Assembly (NCBI GenBank): GCA_964634945.1
Contig: CAZWMG010000012.1
Span: forward strand, 1 to 55,537
Source: an uncultured Planctomycetia bacterium
Lineage (GTDB): Bacteria; Omnitrophota; Gorgyraeia; JABMRG01
Length of the DNA stretch: 55,537 nt
Direction of reading: 5' to 3'
The notes beneath the pieces are model-generated. The model did no database searches and was not told the DNA's origin. It saw only the letters and a program-made list of their open reading frames with translations. Each line of letters begins with the position of its first letter. Within the stretch, counting starts at the first letter, position 1. The translations under genes were made by a program, and so were the position numbers. Positions 28,010-36,692 of this stretch are shown in pieces.

Positions 28010-28195
28010 GTTTCGTTGTAATTGAAGCAGGACCTTGTTGATGCGAGCGGGCCCGCCTGCCGCCTGCCTGCCGGTAGGCAGGGCGAGGCAGGCATGGTTC
28101 GATCTGATTCAGTTCTATGCGAGAGCGAGCATCAACGTGGAGTAAAATTTTCACGCCGGGGAAATTTTACGTTCCTGTGCAAATTGCTACGAAAC
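28010..28195 (+). repeat. ~185-nt structured repeat (putative ncRNA or MITE), copy 1
   Basis: Nested helices shared with 31776-31957 showing compensatory changes; carries a 20-bp insertion. Confidence 0.75.
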
Positions 28196-28235
28196 TATCT
28201 TCTAAAATATTGATGCTTGCCTTATTATAGATTAA

Positions 28236-29327
28236 CTAAGTATTTACCCCAGTAATCCAGCCCCCGCCTACTACTTTATTGTTCTTATAAAATACCGCGG
28301 CTTGTCCCGGAGTAGGCGCGTTTTGGGATTTCGCGAAAATAATTTCGCACCTTCTGGATGAAAGGATATTTATGACAGCCCTTGCCTTATCATGCCTGTA
28401 CCTTATCTTTACCATAGCGTTCAGTCTTTTCTGCTTAGGCATTAGCCTTATAGTCCAGTGAAGATTTCCTACATTAACACTTCGCCTTAAGGTAGAATTA
28501 TAATCACCTACAATAATATCTCCTGTTTTATGATTAATATCTGTTACATATATCGGACTACCATAAGCCACCCTTAACCCCCTTCTCTGTCCTATAGTAT
28601 AAAAGCATGTTCCATGATGGCGGCCTAAGGGGTTGCCTGTCTTTTCTCTGATGTATCCCGGCCTTATATCTTTCTTTAAATTCTTTTTTAGGAATCCGGC
28701 CAGGTCATTATCTTTTACAAAACATATCTCCTGTGACTCTTCTCGATAAAATGACTTGAGATTAAGCTGTTTAGCTATCATACGAATATTTTCTTTTTCA
28801 AAATCACCTACAGGCAGTATCAACCTAGAGAGGGTATCCTGATTTAGGCCAAAGAGCACATAAGACTGGTCTTTTTGCTTGTCCTTGCTTGTCTTTATAA
28901 CAAACCTCTCTGCGCTGGGACTGTACCCACATCTCGCATGATGGCCGGTTGAGATATATCGCGCATTAAACTCTTTTGCCTTTTTCAATAGTAGCGGGAA
29001 CTTAACCTTTTCGTTGCAGACAATGCAGGGGTTTGGGGTAAGCCCTCTTTTGTAGCAATCTAAAAACTTTGCAATAACCTTCTCTTTAAATTCTTTTGCG
29101 CAATCTATTACATAATGAGGAATATCGAGTTTTCTACATACCTGTCTGGCATCATTAATAGCGTCAAGAGAACAACAGCTCTTAGCCTGTTCCTTGCCGC
29201 AAACCGATTTTGGCCAGACCTTAAAGGTTATGCCTATTACAGAGTACCCTTTTTTCTTAAGCAGATAAGCGGCAACTGATGAATCAACACCGCCACTCAT
29301 AGCAAGTAATACGGATTTTTTATTCAT
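28236..29327 (-). CDS. mnmA: tRNA 2-thiouridylase MnmA
   Basis: Motifs SGGVDS, TPNPCIVCN, TGHH, KDQSY, ESQEICF, TIGQRRG and PGQ. Confidence 0.96.
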   Translation of the reverse strand: MNKKSVLLAMSGGVDSSVAAYLLKKKGYSVIGITFKVWPKSVCGKEQAKSCCSLDAINDARQVCRKLDIPHYVIDCAKEFKEKVIAKFLDCYKRGLTPNPCIVCNEKVKFPLLLKKAKEFNARYISTGHHARCGYSPSAERFVIKTSKDKQKDQSYVLFGLNQDTLSRLILPVGDFEKENIRMIAKQLNLKSFYREESQEICFVKDNDLAGFLKKNLKKDIRPGYIREKTGNPLGRHHGTCFYTIGQRRGLRVAYGSPIYVTDINHKTGDIIVGDYNSTLRRSVNVGNLHWTIRLMPKQKRLNAMVKIRYRHDKARAVINILSSRRCEIIFAKSQNAPTPGQAAVFYKNNKVVGGGWITGVNT

Positions 29328-29336
29328 TATCTAATA

Positions 29337-29365
29337 AGGATAGCATAGGAATATATTTTAGGCAA
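29337..29365 (-). promoter_or_regulatory. putative mnmA promoter
   Basis: TTGCCT-17 nt-TATCCT with extended TG; the ATG is 9 nt downstream. Confidence 0.45.
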
Positions 29366-29434
29366 GAAAAGTTTGTTTTTGAAGGGTAGCTCTTATAAGG
29401 AAAAAACTTATCGAGTTCTGAAAACTCAGGAAAA

Positions 29435-29486
29435 TTTAAGACCGGTTCTCAAGCACAAGTGGTCGTGCTTGAGAACCGGTCTTAAA
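29435..29486. repeat. 52-bp perfect palindrome, copy 2, 5 nt after the hppA stop (may act as a terminator)
   Basis: tttaagaccggttctcaagcac-aagtggtc-gtgcttgagaaccggtcttaaa: 22-bp perfect stem. Confidence 0.85.
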
Positions 29487-29491
29487 GATAT

Positions 29492-31588
29492 TTATTTTAT
29501 AAAGGTGTTAGCCATAACAAATGCCGCAAATACGACAGAGACCATTGACATAAGTTTGATTAGGATATTCAATGATGGGCCAGCGGTATCCTTGAATGGA
29601 TCGCCTACTGTATCACCTACTACACCTGCCTTATGAGCAAAAGAACCCTTGCCTCCATGCGCACCCTCTTCTATATATTTCTTAGCATTGTCCCAGACTC
29701 CGCCTGTATTTGCCATCATGACAGCAAAGACAAAACCCGAAACTAGCCCTCCAACCAAAAGGCCTACCACAGCCTCCAGCCCCGCAAAAATACCGACTAG
29801 TATAGGGGCAAGTAACGCAAGAAGCGATGGTAAGATCATCTCCTTCTGCGCGGCTGAGGTCGCTATATCAACGCATGTCGTATAATCAGCTTTCTCTGTT
29901 CCATCCATAAGGCCTTTTATCTCTTTAAATTGACGTCGCACCTCAACAACTATCTTACTTGCCGCACGGCCTACTGCCTGAAGCAGCATTGAACTAAAAA
30001 GAAACGGAAGCATGCCACCTATAAACAGACCTGTCAAAAGGCGTGGATTTAATAATGAGAGATCAAGTTCCTGGCCTAAAAGGTGTATCTGGTCCTTATA
30101 CGCAACTATAAGGGCCAATGCTGTCAATGCCGCGGAACCGATAGCAAAGCCTTTGCCGGTCGCGGCAGTTGTATTACCAAGTGAATCCAATGCATCAGTT
30201 CGCTTTCTTACTTCAGGATCCAAGCCTGCCATCTCCGCGTTTCCTCCGGCATTATCCGCTACAGGTCCGTATGCATCTGTCGCTAATGTAATGCCCAAGG
30301 TTGAAAGCATGCCAACAGCTGCTATGCCCACACCGTAAAGGCCCGCGTTAAAATTAGATGCGCCTCCTGATAAATAAAATGACGCCAATATCGCAGCGCA
30401 AACCGACATAACAGGGACAGCTGTTGAGAGCATGCCAACAGACATGCCCGCAATAACAGCGGTAGCAGGGCCTGTCTCCGCGCTCTCCGCTACCAGTTTC
30501 GTCGGCTTATAGCGTGCGGATGTGTAGTATTCCGTTGAAAATCCTATTATTATGCCACAAAAAAGCCCCGCAAGCACAGAATAATATACGCCTATATACT
30601 CCATGCCTAAGCTATATTTTATAATGAAAAAGCTTGATACGGCAACAAGCGCTGCCGCTACAATTACGCCTTTTCGCAGAGCCTTTAAAAGAGTTCCTTG
30701 CGTAGCGTCCTCTTTGCATTTTACAAAAAACGTACCTATAATGGAGCATATCACACCTGTTCCTGCCATAATCATTGGGACCTTAACCCCATTCATCCCT
30801 AATCCCGCTGCCGCGCCCAGAGCCGCTGTAGCGACCATTGACCCAACATAGGACTCATAGAGATCAGCCCCCATGCCTGCTACGTCCCCGACATTATCCC
30901 CTACATTATCAGCAATAACAGCAGGATTGCGCGGGTCATCTTCAGGAATACCTATCTCAACCTTGCCTACAAGATCAGCTCCTACATCCGCGGCCTTTGT
31001 AAAAATGCCTCCGCCTACCCTTGCGAATAATGCCTGCGCACTCGCGCCAAGCTCAAATGTAAGCATAGTGCTCGTAATAGCGAGAACTTTATCAAAACCT
31101 ATTGGTATTGGATGAGTTGAATAAAACCAATCGAGTATAAAAAACCATACCGTCAGGTCAAGCAGGCCAAGCCCAACAACAGTAAGGCCCATAACAGTGC
31201 CTGAGTCAAAGGCTATGCGTAACCCGCCATTTAAACTTTCTCTACATGCGTTAGCTGTACGTGCAGACGCGCTAGTGGCTATGTTCATACCGATATAACC
31301 TGAAAGGCCCGAGAAAAACCCCCCTGTTATAAAAGCAAACGGAACAAACATAACAAGATAGCCGCGGAAGGCAAGATAGAGCAGGATAAAAAATACCACT
31401 ATAAAGAATATGCCAACTACGGAATACTGTCTTCTCATATAAGCCTGAGCGCCTTCTCTGACCGCCTGGGCTATCTCCTTCATCCTATCGGTGCCCTCAT
31501 CTTTCTTAAGTATCTTAAAACTTAAGACCCCCGAAAAGATAAGCGCTATTAATGAACTTATTGGCGCGATAAAAAACAAGGCCTGCAT
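29492..31588 (-). CDS. hppA: membrane-integral pyrophosphatase, K+-dependent, probably Na+(/H+)-pumping
   Basis: Motifs [32 protein letters not shown] (Ala = K+-dependent) and [10 protein letters not shown]. Confidence 0.95.
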   Translation of the reverse strand: MQALFFIAPISSLIALIFSGVLSFKILKKDEGTDRMKEIAQAVREGAQAYMRRQYSVVGIFFIVVFFILLYLAFRGYLVMFVPFAFITGGFFSGLSGYIGMNIATSASARTANACRESLNGGLRIAFDSGTVMGLTVVGLGLLDLTVWFFILDWFYSTHPIPIGFDKVLAITSTMLTFELGASAQALFARVGGGIFTKAADVGADLVGKVEIGIPEDDPRNPAVIADNVGDNVGDVAGMGADLYESYVGSMVATAALGAAAGLGMNGVKVPMIMAGTGVICSIIGTFFVKCKEDATQGTLLKALRKGVIVAAALVAVSSFFIIKYSLGMEYIGVYYSVLAGLFCGIIIGFSTEYYTSARYKPTKLVAESAETGPATAVIAGMSVGMLSTAVPVMSVCAAILASFYLSGGASNFNAGLYGVGIAAVGMLSTLGITLATDAYGPVADNAGGNAEMAGLDPEVRKRTDALDSLGNTTAATGKGFAIGSAALTALALIVAYKDQIHLLGQELDLSLLNPRLLTGLFIGGMLPFLFSSMLLQAVGRAASKIVVEVRRQFKEIKGLMDGTEKADYTTCVDIATSAAQKEMILPSLLALLAPILVGIFAGLEAVVGLLVGGLVSGFVFAVMMANTGGVWDNAKKYIEEGAHGGKGSFAHKAGVVGDTVGDPFKDTAGPSLNILIKLMSMVSVVFAAFVMANTFIK

Positions 31589-31667
31589 TATGTTACTCCC
31601 TTCTATTTTAGTAAGATGTGATTGATTATAACTTTACTGCAATTTTTAATCGTTATTAATTTTAAAG

Positions 31668-31696
31668 ATTATATGCTATATGCCTAAAATATTCAA
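31668..31696 (-). promoter_or_regulatory. putative hppA promoter
   Basis: TTGAAT-17 nt-TATAAT. Confidence 0.6.
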
Positions 31697-31775
31697 GCAC
31701 TAATTTAAACAATCTCTTAATCAACAAAGCTTATGATCAAGTGCCTCTGGCTGCTTGTTAAAAGCTGTCCTGAAA

Positions 31776-31957
31776 GTCAGCTTTTGAGTGATTGAGCAGA
31801 ACCTCTTTATTGCGAACGGGCCCGCCTGCCGGCGAGGCAGGCATGGACCACTGCAGTTTTACTTCGTTAAACTGCAGTGGGAGTGAGCAATAAAACGGAG
31901 CAAAATTTTCTCGCAGGGAAAAATTTTGCGTTTCTGCGAAATTACTCAAAAGTTGGC
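31776..31957 (+). repeat. ~182-nt structured repeat, copy 2
   Basis: 18-bp closing helix gtcagcttttgagtgatt / aattactcaaaagttggc (three G-U pairs on the + strand) and inner helices shared with copy 1. Confidence 0.75.
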
Positions 31958-31994
31958 ATTAGGTAACGTTTAGATGTGAGCCAGCTGGAAATGC

Positions 31995-32945
31995 TTAATT
32001 TAAATCATGTGTTATTATATCAATATCCTGATAAATATCTTCTAATTTAGATATAATATCCGTTCCGCCGACAGCAACTGCGGTAGCTATCGCGTCCGCT
32101 ACAAGGCATCGTTTCGCAACTACTGTCGTAGATGAAAATACGGATTCCACGGGGTAGCCTGTCTTCGGATGCAATAAATGCGTATAATCTTTGTTCTTAT
32201 AAACAAAGTATTGCTCATAGCCTCCCGATGTCGCTACCGCGGAATTAGAGAGCCTCAATATCTCCAGCATATCCCCCTTTTTGCGTGGATCTCGTATACC
32301 TACTCTCCATAAAAATAAAAGATCCTTCTTGCCAAGGCAAAAAAGATCACCCCCTGCGTTGACCAACGCAGACCTGAAACCAGAGCCCTTTATGGCTACT
32401 ATGGCCTTGTCAACGGCATAGCCTTTAGCAATAGCTGAGAGATCAATCTTCATGCCTTCTTTTGTAAAAGATACTGTTTGATTGGGCTGATTTAAAACAA
32501 TCTTATCAGAGCCTACATAATCTAGAGTCTTTTGGATAATCTCTTTCTCCGGTACTGCGTCTCTATCCCAGTAGGGCCTCCATAACTCAACAAGCGGCGC
32601 GACAGTAACATCAAACGCGCCATCACTGGCATCATATAATGCCTTAGAATCTTTTATCAGCAAGAAAAGGTCATTACTTACAACTACCGGTGACTTGTAA
32701 GCAGTTCTATTTAATATGCTTACTTCACTCTCCTCATTGTATATGTTTGCTATATTATCAATATGATCTATGGCAGAAAACGCCTTATCAAAAACAAGGT
32801 CAAAATCATGCCATCTAAAACCAAAAAGGCTAATGCTGACAAAGGTACCCATCTTATATTCCGTACGTTCCCGCTGATCAGTTAATAACGAAAAAGTGAC
32901 GGCCAAAACAATGATTATTATAACTGCGTATAAAAGAAATTTCAT
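31995..32945 (-). CDS. apbE: FAD:protein FMN transferase ApbE
   Basis: Motifs MGT, GAFDVTV, DLSAIAKGYAVD, NAGGD, ATSGGYE, HPKTG and DAIAT. Confidence 0.93.
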   Translation of the reverse strand: MKFLLYAVIIIIVLAVTFSLLTDQRERTEYKMGTFVSISLFGFRWHDFDLVFDKAFSAIDHIDNIANIYNEESEVSILNRTAYKSPVVVSNDLFLLIKDSKALYDASDGAFDVTVAPLVELWRPYWDRDAVPEKEIIQKTLDYVGSDKIVLNQPNQTVSFTKEGMKIDLSAIAKGYAVDKAIVAIKGSGFRSALVNAGGDLFCLGKKDLLFLWRVGIRDPRKKGDMLEILRLSNSAVATSGGYEQYFVYKNKDYTHLLHPKTGYPVESVFSSTTVVAKRCLVADAIATAVAVGGTDIISKLEDIYQDIDIITHDLN

Positions 32946-32963
32946 AAATATAAAGTGAGTGGT

Positions 32964-34058
32964 TTAAAGCTTTGCAAGGAGGGGTTCTAGATCAATATGA
33001 TTTCGCACCAAGCGCGCTATCATATTTATCTTTTCTTCTTCGCCTGGATGTATCTTTACGATCATCTCATCAAGCTTAGTTATAACGGCATAAGTATCAT
33101 CTTCAACAATAAGTGTAGGTATACCACTTTTCTCAAGCATCTTTCGTATTTTTCTATTTGGCATAAAACCACAAGTAATAACAAAACCCGCTATAAGGTC
33201 CGAGTAATCTTTTTTTCTGGTTACTAATTTCAAAAGATACGTAATAAGCTCTTCTCTGTCACCAGAGGTTATTATAAGGTTACGTTCACGCATCTGCCTA
33301 AAGACTACTCTGGGCTTGCCGGTTGATATAACAATATTATTTATAATCTTTAATACATTGCCATCAGAGCCGCTTATAAAGCTTCCCTTTAGCTTATCCT
33401 GTATATGTTCCATTGTAGGCATATCAAGCATACCTACATAAGGGATAACCCCCAACACCTCCAGGCCGTGTTGCTTAAAGCCTTTTCTTACCAGGCTGTT
33501 TATCTTCTTATATTTTGCTGCCTGCACCTTGTTTACTATAACACCGGCTATCTCAACACCCACCTTCTGAAAAAGAGGAACAGATAGCATGACTTCATCT
33601 ATAGGCCTGCCTATGCCACCTGAAGATATTATAATAACCTTAGCGCCAAGCATCTTCGCGACAACAGCATTTGACAAATCAAAGACTGAACCAACGCCCG
33701 CATGCCCGGTACCCTCTATCACTACGAGATCATTTCCCTCTGATATTTTTTTAAATGCGTCCTTGATCTGCTTTTCCAACGGGCCTCGGTCGGGATTCTC
33801 TATATAGCGGTGCGTAAAACCTTTTTCTATCGCGATAGGCGACATGTCCTTAAGATTTGATTTTATTCCAAAAATTTCATCTATAAGGTAAGAGTCCTCG
33901 TCTATATTATACCCCTGCTCAACAAGATAGCGCTGGCCGATAGGTTTTATAAAACCTATATTTTCGAATCTCTCCTTGAGCATAGCCATAAGCCCTAATG
34001 AAAAGGTAGTCTTTCCATCATTCTGACGTGTCGCAGCTATAAATATCTTTTTAGGCAT
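32964..34058 (-). CDS. BioD-like P-loop + DRTGG protein (phosphotransacetylase N-terminal family, no catalytic PTA domain)
   Basis: Motifs DGKTT, GFIKPIG, IEGTG, IVNKV and ITSGDR. Confidence 0.8.
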   Translation of the reverse strand: MPKKIFIAATRQNDGKTTFSLGLMAMLKERFENIGFIKPIGQRYLVEQGYNIDEDSYLIDEIFGIKSNLKDMSPIAIEKGFTHRYIENPDRGPLEKQIKDAFKKISEGNDLVVIEGTGHAGVGSVFDLSNAVVAKMLGAKVIIISSGGIGRPIDEVMLSVPLFQKVGVEIAGVIVNKVQAAKYKKINSLVRKGFKQHGLEVLGVIPYVGMLDMPTMEHIQDKLKGSFISGSDGNVLKIINNIVISTGKPRVVFRQMRERNLIITSGDREELITYLLKLVTRKKDYSDLIAGFVITCGFMPNRKIRKMLEKSGIPTLIVEDDTYAVITKLDEMIVKIHPGEEEKINMIARLVRNHIDLEPLLAKL

Positions 34059-34078
34059 ATCCCTACATTGCTCTCTTA

Positions 34079-34900
34079 TTAAATATTAAGCAAGCCGGCG
34101 CGAAAGGCCTTAATATAATTCATTGAGTATTCATCTCTGCCAAGCAAGGCGTCTTCTGCCAGAGAAAGCATACCCTTAGGTAAGTCTTTTCCGTCAAGCA
34201 TATCTTTGACCGGGCCCTGAGTTGGATCAATTATGGCAGCTTCTATGCCGGCTTCCATAGCAAGTTTTACAAATACAGCGTTAAGCAAATCTCGTCGAGG
34301 TAGCCCGAACGATACATTGCTTAACCCCCCTATACACCTTATGCCTTTTGCCTTCAAAAGTCTTACTGCCTCAAGAAAGCAGTGCGCCTGCTTTGGTTCC
34401 GTACTGATAGGCTTGGCAAGAGGGTCTATAAATATATCATTTTTGTCGATACCTTTTGATGTTGCCTTTGATACTATCTCCTCTGCGATAGAGACTCTAT
34501 CATCTATGCCAACCGGCATGCCGTCATCATTCATGGCAAGCGCTATTATGTAGCCTTCTTCTTTCATAAAATCATCCAACAGCCCAAGCCTCTTCTCTTC
34601 ACCGGAGATAGAATTTATAAATGGCTTAGCCTTGCATGCCTTAAGGGCTGACTTTACAATATTGGCATCAGGGCTATCAATACTTATCTTGCAATCAAAT
34701 TTCTCCTGAATATTACGTATAAGAGATAAGAGATTGGACTCTTCCTTGTCAAGAGTCGCGGCTGTGTTAATATCAATAAATTCCGCGCCACAATTGAGTT
34801 GTTCCTGCGCTTCATTCATTAAAGATGCTAAGTCATTATCGACTAAGGCCTTCTTTATGCTGCTACGAGTTGAATTTATCCTTTCACCAATAATAATCAT
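34079..34900 (-). CDS. acsE: methyltetrahydrofolate:corrinoid methyltransferase (AcsE/MetH pterin-binding domain)
   Basis: Motifs IIIGERIN, ISIDS, INSI, IDP, GLSNVSFGLP and D.YSMNYIKAFR. Confidence 0.75.
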   Translation of the reverse strand: MIIIGERINSTRSSIKKALVDNDLASLMNEAQEQLNCGAEFIDINTAATLDKEESNLLSLIRNIQEKFDCKISIDSPDANIVKSALKACKAKPFINSISGEEKRLGLLDDFMKEEGYIIALAMNDDGMPVGIDDRVSIAEEIVSKATSKGIDKNDIFIDPLAKPISTEPKQAHCFLEAVRLLKAKGIRCIGGLSNVSFGLPRRDLLNAVFVKLAMEAGIEAAIIDPTQGPVKDMLDGKDLPKGMLSLAEDALLGRDEYSMNYIKAFRAGLLNI

Positions 34901-35832
34901 ATCTTTACTTGCTCCTTATAGCTTGATTCAATAGCCCCCACCAATTGAGTGAGCATCTCATTAACCGGAGCCTTTACTCCGGAACTTTTTGCGTGCCTTA
35001 CTACCGCACCATTAATAAAATCTATTTCTGTCTTTTTTTTATGTATGATATCCTGTAACATGCTACATGTATTAGAAGATGTATTTCTACAGACAGCTTC
35101 CGCCTTATGCAGGGGGTCATCAAAAATAAGCTTGATCTTCTTCTTGCAAGCGACCTTTGCAGTCTCTATAACAGCTTGACGCATCAACTCCTTTGTGCCT
35201 TCATACTTAAGAAGCCCACCATTAGATAGGCGGCATATAAGAGCTAACGCATTTATACCGGAATTTATTACAAGCTTGCTCCAGATAACCCCATTTATAT
35301 CTCTTGATATCTTTGTCTGTATGCCCGCACGGTTAAAAACGCCTGATAAATGACGCAGATCCTTAGATATCTTACCAATAGGTTTTCCAATCACTGCTTC
35401 AGGCTTACCGACTTGCCTTACCCTGCCATCTTCAATAAGGGTTGCCCCATGAGTAATCATGCCGCATATCGTCCTATCTTCTCCTACCAAGTCTGCTATA
35501 AGCTCCATATTTCCTATGCCATTCTGCAATGATAATATATTTGTATCGTCTTTTAAGAAAGGCTTGACAGAAGCAAGAGCTGCCTCTGTATCATAAGATT
35601 TTGTACATATTATAACAAGCTCTGTATCTCTGACAGAATTGGGATCCGCTGTAATATTTACACGCGATCTAAAATTTTCTACACCTTCTACAATTATACC
35701 CCTTGTCCTTATTTTTTTTGCGCGGGCTCGATCCTTGTCTAGAATCCATATTTCATTATCTGAGTCTGCCCGCGTTAATAGAGCCGCGAATAAACAACCC
35801 GTAGCCCCCGGACCTACTATTGTTATATTCAT
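34897..35832 (-). CDS. panE: ketopantoate reductase
   Basis: Motifs GPGATG, TKSYD, LQNGIG, WSKL..N, SMLQD and TEIDFING. Confidence 0.9.
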   Translation of the reverse strand: MNITIVGPGATGCLFAALLTRADSDNEIWILDKDRARAKKIRTRGIIVEGVENFRSRVNITADPNSVRDTELVIICTKSYDTEAALASVKPFLKDDTNILSLQNGIGNMELIADLVGEDRTICGMITHGATLIEDGRVRQVGKPEAVIGKPIGKISKDLRHLSGVFNRAGIQTKISRDINGVIWSKLVINSGINALALICRLSNGGLLKYEGTKELMRQAVIETAKVACKKKIKLIFDDPLHKAEAVCRNTSSNTCSMLQDIIHKKKTEIDFINGAVVRHAKSSGVKAPVNEMLTQLVGAIESSYKEQVKI

Positions 35833-35846
35833 TTGCCCTCTCCCGC

Positions 35847-36692
35847 TTACTTGTAATTATCGACTAATCTTTTCGCCTCTTCTTTCTTCATTAAATAAGA
35901 ATGATCCATGGAAGGAAAGACCTTGCCCTGCACATCCTCCTTATAGGCTGTGACGGCGTCCTCTATTACTGAATATATATCCGCGTATTCTTTAACGAAT
36001 TTGGGCTTCTTTCTCCCCCTTATAAGCCCTAATATATCATGCGTAACAAGTGCCTGTCCGTCACAATCAGGCCCGGCGCCGATTCCAATAGTAGGGATTT
36101 TAAGTCTTTTAGTTATAATACCGGAAAGGATACTAGGCATACACTCAAGTATAAGGCTGAACACACCTATTTCTTCCAAGCAAAACGCCTGCTCGATTAA
36201 CTGTGACGCTCTTTCCGCGTCCTGGCCCTGTACCTTGAAGCCACCTATCTTATCCACTGTTTGTGGAGTGAGCCCGATATGTCCCATCACAGGAATACCT
36301 GCCTTTAAGATAGTCTCTGCTGCATCACTACATTTTTCAAACCATTCAAGTTTTACTCCATCACATCCCGCTTCTTCTACAAATCGTTTCGCGTTATTAA
36401 GCGCTTCAGATGGATCCAACTGATAAGATTCGTATGGCATATCTCCAATAAGCAAGGCGTTTTTAACACCGCGCCTTACGGCCTTTGTGTGATGGATCAT
36501 TTCACGCATTGTAACTGATCTGGTAGATTCTAAGCCCAGTTCGGTATTCGCGACAGAATCACCGACAAGGATAATATCTATGCCCGCGCTGTCTATTATT
36601 GAAGCTAAGGGGAAACTATAAGCCGTAAGTAATGTTATGGGTACGGATCGTTTCTTTTTCTCTATTAAGGTATCAAATGTTATTTTGTTCAT
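35847..36692 (-). CDS. panB: 3-methyl-2-oxobutanoate hydroxymethyltransferase
   Basis: Motifs LTAY, LVGDS, DMP, VKLE, GHIGLTPQ and IGIGAG. Confidence 0.95.
   Translation of the reverse strand: MNKITFDTLIEKKKRSVPITLLTAYSFPLASIIDSAGIDIILVGDSVANTELGLESTRSVTMREMIHHTKAVRRGVKNALLIGDMPYESYQLDPSEALNNAKRFVEEAGCDGVKLEWFEKCSDAAETILKAGIPVMGHIGLTPQTVDKIGGFKVQGQDAERASQLIEQAFCLEEIGVFSLILECMPSILSGIITKRLKIPTIGIGAGPDCDGQALVTHDILGLIRGRKKPKFVKEYADIYSVIEDAVTAYKEDVQGKVFPSMDHSYLMKKEEAKRLVDNYK

Noticed and set aside
27939-28213. ORFs 27939..28154 and 28022..28213 (also 31758..31949 and 22335..22574)
   Set aside because: Translations of palindromic repeats (PACRLPAGRQG-type peptides), not credible proteins.
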